Shown: piece after piece, positions 9,101-15,864 of the stretch
Layout: every line of letters begins with the position of its first letter
Numbering within the stretch: the first letter of the stretch is position 1
Source of the DNA: Opitutales bacterium
GTDB lineage: Bacteria > Verrucomicrobiota > Verrucomicrobiia > Opitutales > JABSRG01
Reading direction: 5' to 3'
DNA length: 64,000 nt
Assembly (NCBI GenBank): GCA_049599475.1
Contig: JBMYOQ010000014.1
Span: forward strand, 1 to 64,000
Notes under the pieces: model-generated
What the model was told of the DNA's origin: nothing
Database searches by the model: none
Seen by the model: only the letters and a program-made list of their open reading frames with translations
Made by a program: the position numbers and the translations under genes

Positions 9101-10123
9101 GGCGTAAACCTCGCTAAAGATGGGCGCCTGTTGGGCACACTCACTGACTCGGGTACATATACTTTTACCGCTCGAATTATCGATTCTGATGGAGACGAAG
9201 CGTTCCAAGAATATACGGTCGACATTGCCAGCTCATTTATTGGTTGGACAGAGACATTTGATTATCGCGAACGCGAAACGGAGGATACTGACCTAAGTGA
9301 TGGTGTCGGGTGGACGGCCCTAACGGGAGAGAATCCAAATCCGAATAGATTTAGCGTGCAGAGCAACCGTTTCCTAGTGAATGCGACCACGGGTATCTTC
9401 CGGACCAGTCCGATGAACATTCATGGATTGCCCGTGACGATATCAGCTTTCCTAGAGTCTGAGAATGTCGCGGTAGGCTCCGAATATGTTGAGATTCGAG
9501 CCATCGTGGATGGAGTCAGCACCCAGATTCACAGACAAACACGGAGCTACCCAGCTGGGGGCTTTACATTCGTCGAGACAGGTATCACAGGAAGCGAGTT
9601 GATCATTGAGATCGAAGCGAAAACGAACACTTCTAGTAGATACTACTACTTCGATGATCTTAGTGTAACCCCTGAATTCAGTGAGTGGACCGAGACTTTC
9701 GACTATCTTGATGGCACCATGGCGGACTTAGATGAATTGGATGGAGTGACCTGGACATTGACTCTCGATCCCGCCGGAGCTAGCTCCGGCATAGCTGAGG
9801 TGCAGAATAATCGCCTGCGGTTTAGAAAGGCCTTAGGCACCTTCCGCACCAGCGAAATAGCCATTGGAGGCGCATCGGTTACCGTATCCGCCCTACTCGA
9901 AGGAACCGGAAACCTCGAGAACAATGACTTTATCCGAATTACAGCTATCGTGGATGGAGTGCCTCAAGAGATCTACTACAAATCGAACGATTTCCCAGGC
10001 AATAGCTTTAACTTCACCTCGAGCGAACTCACCGGAGAGACTTTGATACTCGAAATAGAATCCATCACGTCAGCACTCGATGAATTCTATTATTTGGATA
10101 ATCTAAGTGTAGTGAACGAGTAG
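3200..10123 (+). CDS. Giant secreted multidomain protein: LVIVD-like propeller, Big_5 Ig, PKD, two CBM6/35-like domains, YVTN/YncE propeller, diheme cytochrome c (bCcP/MauG-like) domain, He_PIG-like Ig, two C-terminal repeats
   Basis: Signal peptide MRNILVLLLAGTLLPALASA; YDVSDPNNP repeats; ITFTPDGELKPETQYRV (Big_5); YRWDFGDG (PKD); FEAED/YEAE; VGEYPKALAL and TGNAPQGL propeller repeats; CASCH (7781-7795) and CMECH (8207-8221) heme motifs with RNTIPL, HWSG and PTLWGLHESAPYLHDGSA. Confidence 0.8.
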   Translation: MRNILVLLLAGTLLPALASAQISVRSDDINSEASKQFFYHWNGFEIQWFGKQINLVGTNNDPGFPASGEAFTEPYAGNSFAYEITAVQDWNTTEALSRIGADTFTAYLDDDLTPAQVNRHGGNYPGFGVSSDLDAVSTSAYDRNDKLDNPGEALIIKFDLSGEMLMDNPDATFGPDANYRFENTGLNARAILTLENLLIEEWGDSGTPRMDIILYDASEGDINYQELDLDVQALGRIITGFGEIEDNDILVLAFPESSTVDTGIISNELWAMTFDLDFEPEPPADTSGIPTDIALLPQHQYQDLGDPSDDRGFINMWREIGEIATFRTEPGNDALRTVVMDFHRGYLLSEIRGTLEGGRRITHSIKGVTDPIPTESGLVEVHRHDRGIGAMHTAYSLVPDIRVNHPGDEYVDISNMLDIKLAGSSQSGIPDGYVSAQGSARSAYLPPYHYQSAVSGGYTNIYDIRCGEELSSFNEHGFGGIAVPVGNILLLAKIRAGERAIASYDVSDPNNPVLLDVMRDQDMRWRHQEGGAYEPAVYGHYFVIPLSLRGGTIGFVDFSDPGNLRMHHIISGTEGAQRYLQFQDHRMFAGTEVIDLTNLDGGITPTEHFFHSHKGEYMLPLGNLLICAENSEQGPSNLGAIFAFQEEPDVYRPTVAYHIPTKDATGQSVHTRIGLIVHDTLDLTTLTNDTLKLVEAGDPDETPISGTITYSDKDIITFTPDGELKPETQYRVIAEGFTDIVGNPIQGPLDMDGNPTDRFSFEFTTEGPGTLGYPEIVSVGVNDPQNLLSGETAEFFVNATPDNGEDPSTLEYRWDFGDGQGTEWIAGSDGTTAFHTYDDPGQYRVSVRVRSQNAQDLSRIASLEISVTTKPVGEDDFFPRFEAEDALGDSSHRIFEFDAVPGVYDIVFRIRGNRADLDQKQDVYLSYQKETEDGTKYFTYSKQIGALIVDNGNRRRDWRDFILPGYFTEATRYRIEVIDNPNFEERPALDYMQIRRASGSTLTYEAEVAADAGGSATAINGVLRQNEYTSASSWNAQWISGRYDMSWVVDLGALSGTMSAEIVGRSRVASSVERMHLYVNDVFVRELYSDDNSFQSYPFDLNLLPGENIIELRHDAELNSLVVDKLSIQVPEIIYEAPESLLPINSSQIVLKDSTRQVISVFPDNNKIAAINADTLAEEWVFSVSENPRSLAVDADGRIWVTAHKADTIDIIDPDNTANNAHIDLPYGAAPHDILFNKEGTLAYVSLYGTGEVIQIDAASRQIVGSVNVGEYPKALALNGENDQLLVTRFISGTTVGEIYAVAIDPATAAMSLRTVQTLQLDTTSDDGGVRGRGLPNYLESIVIHPQDDTAYIASQKVNIVAGKFREDSTINHDSTVRSILSLVDLSTDSEIFEKQIDLNNSSQPTAITFNKEGNLMFVAIQGNNEVAVFNTATRVRNADLPTGNAPQGLLLDEVTDRLFVKNFLGRSITVHDISAGIEVGDFTDTLEDEIFVIAEGNDILDDDVLAGKKIFFDASSEDMGLESYLSCASCHQHGGHDGVVWDFTQRGEGLRNTIPLTGRSGMEHGNVHWSGNFDEIQDFVLDMVKHQRGLGFVGGVENTHEPMSTTSNSPADPQHPLNLLAAYVESLGKETLMASPYRQADGALTQEALKGKRLFEGQLTLESGNTLSCMECHVPDTQYTSSRVLRTTGRGGQILRNVGTIKESSGQRLEDDLIGIDVPTLWGLHESAPYLHDGSAATIEAVFDQYVEGAAVGSDGAAHNLTDTGYDLTEEEFESLVAYLYQIDSRDIPAMNAQTWAHSWGQDIGLGGADFDGDLISNFAEYALGGDPTVNDATAIYAEIAFDEGSPYFSFNRRGNDDALSYTVEESPDLEVWAPYSTINQDTLPTVEIFEEVLVGIDDSVSEMFYRLNISSDDPGDGGITPDVEPSITSSALPNGRRTSVYSEQLVAEGGNPPLTWSLADGDLPPGVNLAKDGRLLGTLTDSGTYTFTARIIDSDGDEAFQEYTVDIASSFIGWTETFDYRERETEDTDLSDGVGWTALTGENPNPNRFSVQSNRFLVNATTGIFRTSPMNIHGLPVTISAFLESENVAVGSEYVEIRAIVDGVSTQIHRQTRSYPAGGFTFVETGITGSELIIEIEAKTNTSSRYYYFDDLSVTPEFSEWTETFDYLDGTMADLDELDGVTWTLTLDPAGASSGIAEVQNNRLRFRKALGTFRTSEIAIGGASVTVSALLEGTGNLENNDFIRITAIVDGVPQEIYYKSNDFPGNSFNFTSSELTGETLILEIESITSALDEFYYLDNLSVVNE

Positions 10124-10143
10124 ATACGTATTTCAGTTAATTT

Positions 10144-10179
10144 ATTGAGTCATGCGCAGCCGCGTTTGTGCGACTCAAT
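10144..10179 (+). terminator. Possible terminator hairpin downstream of the giant gene
   Basis: ATTGAGTC...GACTCAAT stem about 20 nt after the stop codon; no clear U-tract. Confidence 0.35.
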
Positions 10180-10191
10180 TGCAGAGTATTC

Positions 10192-10276
10192 GACCACAGA
10201 TAGCACAGATTTCGCAGATTACCTTATGGATAACTCTTTGAGTATTCATTGCTCGGTATCTGTGTCATCTGTGGTC
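10192..10276. repeat. Short inverted-repeat element (ACCACAGAT-type REP/MITE)
   Basis: GACCACAGATAGCACAGAT (10192-10210) matches the reverse complement of ATCTGTGTCATCTGTGGTC (10258-10276) at 17/19; internal CACAGAT/CGCAGAT periodicity. Confidence 0.65.
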
Positions 10277-10447
10277 AGATAAATCAGCTTTTACGCCGCG
10301 CCTGCAGAATTCTGTCTGAGATTGTAGCCCGACTTAGCTGATTGCTGCTGGCAATTTGATATTGTTCTCATTCTCGATTTCTCTTTCTTTGCTGATGTCG
10401 TCACCGCAGGCAATATCACCAAATTCATAAAGACAGAGAGATTTAGT

Positions 10448-10696
10448 ATGCCAGAGTCGTTCGAAATGAGTTCCGGGGAGATCCTGATGAGCAGCCTCTT
10501 GTCGGGGTCGATCAATATTGCTTACGCGATTTCTAGTGTGGCTTTGGCTTTGGCGCTGTTTTGGTTTGTGGACCATTTTATCCTGAAATCGATCAATTTC
10601 CTGGACGAGATCAAGAAGGGGAATGTCGCCGCGGGTTTGTTTTCTGGGCTTATTATTTTGTCCGTTGCCTTGGTGGTCGGATTGTCGATGCGCTAG
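10448..10696 (+). CDS. Small membrane protein, DUF350-like
   Basis: Two hydrophobic helices separated by FLDEIKKGNVAAG, the DUF350 signature (EI..GN.A.G). Confidence 0.7.
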   Translation: MPESFEMSSGEILMSSLLSGSINIAYAISSVALALALFWFVDHFILKSINFLDEIKKGNVAAGLFSGLIILSVALVVGLSMR

Positions 10697-10697
10697 G

Positions 10698-11282
10698 ATG
10701 CGAAAGCGCTGGATCATTCTAGGCGCGCTAGGCTTGCTCCTGATTTCGAGCTTGCCCTTCTTGCTCTCGAGCAAGGTTGCGGTGAGTCGGGAGTCGGGGG
10801 ATTACGATGACCTCTTTCGCAAATATAGCCGGACGTATTTTGGACGATTGGACTGGCGCTATTTTAAGTCGCAGGCGTTTGCTGAGAGTAGTTTAAACCC
10901 GAAGGCCAAGAGCCACGCAGGCGCGATGGGGCTGATGCAGCTCATGCCGGCAACTTACAAGGAAGTGAGGAACAAGGTCGGTCTTTCTCGGGATCCATAT
11001 CATGTGGAATCCAACATTCATGCCGGGATTTTGTATAACTTGAGCCAATATAAAAAGTGGACCGAGAAACGCAGCGAGAAGGACCATCTGTCACTCATGT
11101 TCGCGTCGTATAATGCGGGCTTTGGCAATATCTACAAAGCTCAGAAGCTCGAGCGTGCACAGGGGCGTTCAGCCGTCAAATGGTCGGAGATCCAACGATC
11201 ATTACCCAAGGTCACGGGTAATCATGCCAAAGATACGATCTACTACGTGGATAAGATATTTTATATGAGAACGCGACTCTAG
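10698..11282 (+). CDS. Membrane-anchored lytic transglycosylase (SLT domain)
   Basis: ATG 10698 directly after the DUF350 stop; N-terminal TM helix; AESS catalytic Glu, GAMGLMQLMP and ASYNAG motifs. Confidence 0.88.
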   Translation: MRKRWIILGALGLLLISSLPFLLSSKVAVSRESGDYDDLFRKYSRTYFGRLDWRYFKSQAFAESSLNPKAKSHAGAMGLMQLMPATYKEVRNKVGLSRDPYHVESNIHAGILYNLSQYKKWTEKRSEKDHLSLMFASYNAGFGNIYKAQKLERAQGRSAVKWSEIQRSLPKVTGNHAKDTIYYVDKIFYMRTRL

Positions 11283-11687
11283 CGGTCATCGATTCATGAA
11301 TTGTCAGTGGATCTTGCCCTGGCGCAGGAGTCGGCTTTCTGCCTGTATCCACGAGTGGGTGGGCTAAGGTCATGCTCAGTATGCGTATTCACAAGTTCAA
11401 GAATACTCTGTCGTATATGTGAGGCTTGTTGGCGTTCAATAGGTATCTGTTTTAGGCGAGAAATGTTATGTTTTGGGGTCGGCGAAAGCCGAGCTTCGCA
11501 GATCGTTGGGAAGCTTTTAATCCCTGGGGATACGTTTCGAGAAGCGCTTGGTTCTGCGGAACGATCTTATCTCCGTTTCACCAATCACCACCGTGAATCA
11601 TCCCAAATCACCATTCCGCGTGGGAACCGGCAGCGCTCTTTTTTTGAAGTATTCAAACAATTGGCTGACTGTTTCCCTGTTCAACGT

Positions 11688-13865
11688 ATGCTTCGACATA
11701 ATTGTATTCATAGGCCTGCTCGTGCTTATGCCATTCAACCTGCGATTATTTGTCTTATCAGTCTCTTCTGCTTCTTGCCGGCCTCCTTTGGGGAAACGGT
11801 ATTATTTGGCGATGGGAATTGGGAAGCTCAGGGCGTTGTTCATCGAGAAAGTAGCACCCAGACTGCTGTAGTTGTTCAAGATGGCCTCACATTTACGCTT
11901 ACAATCACTCTACCGAGTTCGAAGATCGGGGTAGACGATGATGGAGAGTTAAATGTCAATGGGCGGCAGATTTGGGGTAGCGCCGACGATCCTTTCACAT
12001 TCTCGATCGATGTCGCTGGAACGGGCTTAGAGGCCCTTTCATTCAGTGCTTTAACGATCAGCCGCTTGGATCTATCTGACGCGGAAGTGTCCGTATCGGA
12101 ATCAGTCAGTGCGAATACTCGAATGCTTTCAGGGGCGACAACAGTTGTAGCTTCGGACCTTTACGAGGGTCTGGACTCATTGACGCCGCTGAATGAGACG
12201 AACACCTCTAGCTGGGACATCACTGTTTCAAACACAGGAACGCGGTCGCTCGGAGGTATCGTTTCACTCGCATTTGATTACACCCTTAGCACAGACCCCC
12301 TCGTTACGCTATCCGCCGCCGAGCTCGTTGCCGACGACGGTACGGCAGTGGTGGATGTCAGCTTCAATCAGCCCGTCACGGATCTGACGGGAAGCGATTT
12401 TGAAATAGGCAATGGGGAGGTTGCAGATTTTGTTGGTGAGGGTGACGCCTACACCCTATCGATTACGCCAACGGGCGAGGTTGGAGAATTCATTACGATA
12501 GCTCTGCCGACGGGCTCGACGATCCCTTCGAACTTTGAATCGGACACGCTTCAGATTGAGATTCTAAAAGGTGCTTCGGGGACCCTCTTTTTGGATAAAG
12601 TCTTTCGATATTTCCCTCCTTTCGTGGAAGATCCCGATAAGGCGCAGCATGATGAATATGTCCCTGGGAAGACACCAGAGGAAGATGATATTGAGGAGAT
12701 AAAGAACTCCATCGTTTACGGAAAAGGACTCGTCCGTGTGGACAATCCTGATACGCCAGAAGTCGAGACAGAGTATTACCAGGATTTGTATTTGGATATG
12801 TACCGGCCCATTGCTAATCCTTTTAGTCCTGCTTTACCGAACCGCCTGCCAGCCTTTGTCTTTATCCACGGTGGTGGCTGGGAAAAGGGGAATAAGAATG
12901 TGCAAAGTATTCGGAATTTCTGCTATGGCTTTGCGCAGCGAGGATACGTGACTGTTTCGATTCAGTATCGTTATAATAGTGATCAGTATAATCCGCCCAA
13001 CGAAACCCAAGATGGACCGACTTCTGTGTTATCCTCTTATGCAGCGGTCGCCGCAAGAGATGCTGCCAAAGCGATTCGCTGGCTCCGTCAAAATGCCGAT
13101 GCTTATCGCATTGACCCTAATCGTATAGGAGTGGGGGGGCTCTCTGCGGGGGCAACCACTGCGCTCGCTGTGGGCTTCGCAGAGCAGAATGACTACAGAT
13201 TTGACGATGAAGAAATTTTCAATCCCGAAGAGGACGTTTCATTGGAGGTCACCGGCATTTTGAGTCACATGGGGAGTATGGGCTTTAATTACGGTATCAT
13301 TCGGGCGAATAATTTCAATGAGATCGATTCAGATGATCCACCTGCATTGCTGGTACACGGGGACCGGGATAATACTGTTCCCTTCGATGAATTTGCTCTT
13401 TATACAGAGAGTGCTCTAGATTCTAGAAATCATCCCTATAGTTTCTTGATTGGGCCTGGATATAGCCACGCTTTCAATTACAGCGACTTCAATGATGAGT
13501 ACCCTGGGTATCGCAACCAGCCATCGGTTACGCCGGATAAGACAATCGAGGACCATTGTTTTGAATTCTTTTTCGAGCACTTCAATCTCGCAGAGCTATT
13601 AGCTGAATCTCCGGATGCCTTGTCCTTTACGGGAGAGCTGAATGATGGCGAGGATACATTCAAAGCGTCCATCATACAAGATGAGCGGATCGATTTCCAA
13701 CTTGAGTCCAGTAATGAATTGCAGGTATGGGATCCCGTTCTAGAGGCCCCTGTTGTTCGGGACAATACTCTGGAAGTGGAATTGCCAACCAGTGCTACGG
13801 ATACCTTCTTTCGCTGGGAAGTATCAATGGATTATACCGAAGTGTCCGAAAGTGATTACCCGTAA
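11688..13865 (+). CDS. Secreted multidomain carboxylesterase (Ig-like domain plus alpha/beta hydrolase)
   Basis: Probable start ATG 11688 with signal-like segment; Ig-like VSFNQPVTDL; HGGGW oxyanion motif, GLSAG nucleophile, HGDRDNTVP and GYSHAF completing the triad. Confidence 0.8.
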   Translation: MLRHNCIHRPARAYAIQPAIICLISLFCFLPASFGETVLFGDGNWEAQGVVHRESSTQTAVVVQDGLTFTLTITLPSSKIGVDDDGELNVNGRQIWGSADDPFTFSIDVAGTGLEALSFSALTISRLDLSDAEVSVSESVSANTRMLSGATTVVASDLYEGLDSLTPLNETNTSSWDITVSNTGTRSLGGIVSLAFDYTLSTDPLVTLSAAELVADDGTAVVDVSFNQPVTDLTGSDFEIGNGEVADFVGEGDAYTLSITPTGEVGEFITIALPTGSTIPSNFESDTLQIEILKGASGTLFLDKVFRYFPPFVEDPDKAQHDEYVPGKTPEEDDIEEIKNSIVYGKGLVRVDNPDTPEVETEYYQDLYLDMYRPIANPFSPALPNRLPAFVFIHGGGWEKGNKNVQSIRNFCYGFAQRGYVTVSIQYRYNSDQYNPPNETQDGPTSVLSSYAAVAARDAAKAIRWLRQNADAYRIDPNRIGVGGLSAGATTALAVGFAEQNDYRFDDEEIFNPEEDVSLEVTGILSHMGSMGFNYGIIRANNFNEIDSDDPPALLVHGDRDNTVPFDEFALYTESALDSRNHPYSFLIGPGYSHAFNYSDFNDEYPGYRNQPSVTPDKTIEDHCFEFFFEHFNLAELLAESPDALSFTGELNDGEDTFKASIIQDERIDFQLESSNELQVWDPVLEAPVVRDNTLEVELPTSATDTFFRWEVSMDYTEVSESDYP

Positions 13866-14012
13866 TAGACGCCTTATAGCTCTTGCAATCTGCCTGCATC
13901 AAGCAGCGAATCCGCGGCAGCAGTTCAGCTTAGGTCCCCGGAGCCCTGGATGAATGCAGTCTTTTTGCGCGCGGGTGGCAACTCTGGCGCGGTTCTCGCA
14001 TGATCTGGGGAT

Positions 14013-15746
14013 ATGTCACCTTTTATCCGCAGTTGTCTGAGCGTTCTCACCTTTTCTTATTCTCTCTGCTTTGCGCAGTCAGGTAGAGACCCCATTTACG
14101 AGTCCTCTTCGATTTTTAAACCGGTGATTGGCTATGAGGGGATGGTCTCTACTCAGAATTTCTATGCTACGGAGGCTGCGGCTGCGGTTCTTGAACAAGG
14201 AGGCAATGCCGTCGACGCAGCGGTGACGGCGGGCTTTGTCTTGTCGGTGACCCTTCCCCGTGCCGGCAACATCGGTGGTGGGGGCTTTATGCTCATCCAC
14301 GATGCTAAATCGGGAGAGACCTGGGCGCTCGATCACCGGGAAACTGCACCAGCTGCGGCTTCGCGTGATATGTATCTCGATGCGGAGGGCAATGTGGACC
14401 GCCAATCGGTGAATTTTAGCTACCTCTCTGCCGGAGTCCCTGGGACGGTCCGCGGCATGCAGGCGGCGCTGGAACGTTATGGTACCATGGAGTGGGCTGA
14501 GGTGATCGAGCCTGCGCTAGAGTTCGCGCGTGATGGTTTTGAAGTGACTCAGGATCTTCACTACAATCTAAAGCGAGCCCAGCAGCGCCTTTCCAAATCT
14601 ACCTATACGCAACAGCTCTATTATGGGGAGGCGAATGCGGTGCCAGAGGTAGGGACTACCCTAAAAATTCCAGATCTCGCAAACACCCTGCAGACTCTCG
14701 CCGAGGAGGGTCCAGACGCTTTTTACACGGGCGAGATCGCAGAGGCCATCGCTCAGGATATGGCTGCCAATGGTGGGTTGATCTCACTCAAAGATCTCCG
14801 CGATTATGCAGTCGCTTGGCGCCCGGTGGTCGAAGGAGATTACCGTGGCTATACCATCCAGTCGATGCCGCCGTCGAGTTCTGGAGGTGTGCACCTTATT
14901 CAGATGCTGAATATTCTCGAGGAGTATCCGATTTATAATTACGGCCACAACACAGCGCAGACAATTCACCTGATGGCCGAAGCCATGCGCAGTGCTTACG
15001 CGGATCGCTCTAAATATCTGGGCGACACTGATTTTGTAGATGTGCCGATGACGGGGTTGACTTCTAAGGCATATGCGGACGCTCTTCGCGCCAAAATCCC
15101 CTTTGACCGTGCGCGCGTCAGCGCCGAACTCGGCCCAGATAATCCACACCCGTTTAATGAAAGCCCTGAGACGACGCACTATTCGGTTGTCGACGACGAG
15201 GGAAACGCCGTCTCCTGCACCACCACGCTCCGCTTTAGCTATGGCAATGGTATCGCAGCGGAAGGCCTGGGCTTCCTCTACAACAACAATATGGGCAACT
15301 TCGCCGCCAAACCCGGCACCGCCGACGCCTTCGGCCTCATAGGCGCAGAGGCCAATGCAATCGAGCCCGGGAAACGTATGCTCAGTTCCATGACACCCGT
15401 TATCGTTTTAAAAGATGGAAAGGTCCACCTTGTCACAGGCTCTCCAGGAGGCTCGCGGATTATCACAGTCGTCATGCAAGTCATCATGAACGTGATCGAC
15501 CACCAGCTAAATATAGCCGAAGCCACCGCAGCGCCCCGTATCCACCATCAGTGGATTCCAGATTCGATAGGCGTCGAAAAAACGCTCAACGCCGATACAC
15601 GCCGCCTCTTAGAAGCTATTGGCCATACCGTCAAAGAAAGCCCTTCGGCCTCTGGAAGCACCCAGAGCATCATGCTGATCGATGGAATCTTCTACGGCTC
15701 ATCAGACACCCGCCGCGAGAATGCACTGACGGTGGGTATCCCGTGA
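14013..15746 (+). CDS. ggt: Gamma-glutamyltransferase
   Basis: GGNAVDAAV, GNIGGGGF, autoprocessing site ETTHYS, PGKRMLSSMTP, GSPGGSRI; signal peptide. Confidence 0.95.
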   Translation: MSPFIRSCLSVLTFSYSLCFAQSGRDPIYESSSIFKPVIGYEGMVSTQNFYATEAAAAVLEQGGNAVDAAVTAGFVLSVTLPRAGNIGGGGFMLIHDAKSGETWALDHRETAPAAASRDMYLDAEGNVDRQSVNFSYLSAGVPGTVRGMQAALERYGTMEWAEVIEPALEFARDGFEVTQDLHYNLKRAQQRLSKSTYTQQLYYGEANAVPEVGTTLKIPDLANTLQTLAEEGPDAFYTGEIAEAIAQDMAANGGLISLKDLRDYAVAWRPVVEGDYRGYTIQSMPPSSSGGVHLIQMLNILEEYPIYNYGHNTAQTIHLMAEAMRSAYADRSKYLGDTDFVDVPMTGLTSKAYADALRAKIPFDRARVSAELGPDNPHPFNESPETTHYSVVDDEGNAVSCTTTLRFSYGNGIAAEGLGFLYNNNMGNFAAKPGTADAFGLIGAEANAIEPGKRMLSSMTPVIVLKDGKVHLVTGSPGGSRIITVVMQVIMNVIDHQLNIAEATAAPRIHHQWIPDSIGVEKTLNADTRRLLEAIGHTVKESPSASGSTQSIMLIDGIFYGSSDTRRENALTVGIP

Positions 15747-15747
15747 G
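15708..15747 (+). repeat. Direct repeat copy 1 (3' end of ggt)
   Basis: ACCCGCCGCGAGAATGCACTGACGGTGGGTATCCCGTGAG; 39/40 identical to 18251-18290. Confidence 0.9.
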
Positions 15748-15864
15748 AAGGTGTGTTTTGTTAGTTTTGTTAGACGGAGATTTGGGTCCTCAGCCAAGAG
15801 GGTCTATATAAGTCGATGAAAGGCTTGACTGTGAGGAAGTTTCCTCGCTGCGTAGGAAAACGCT

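Noticed and set aside
10448..11282. Holin-endolysin pair of a prophage
   Set aside because: No phage structural, replication or integrase genes nearby; the small protein fits DUF350.
11301..11687. N-terminal 129 aa of the 854-aa ORF and the overlapping 11548-11871 ORF
   Set aside because: Non-protein-like composition; a signal-like segment starts near ATG 11688.
14013..15746. ggt as a CapD-like partner of the ATP-grasp operon
   Set aside because: It lies more than 17 kb away and looks like an ordinary periplasmic GGT; no sequence evidence of linkage.
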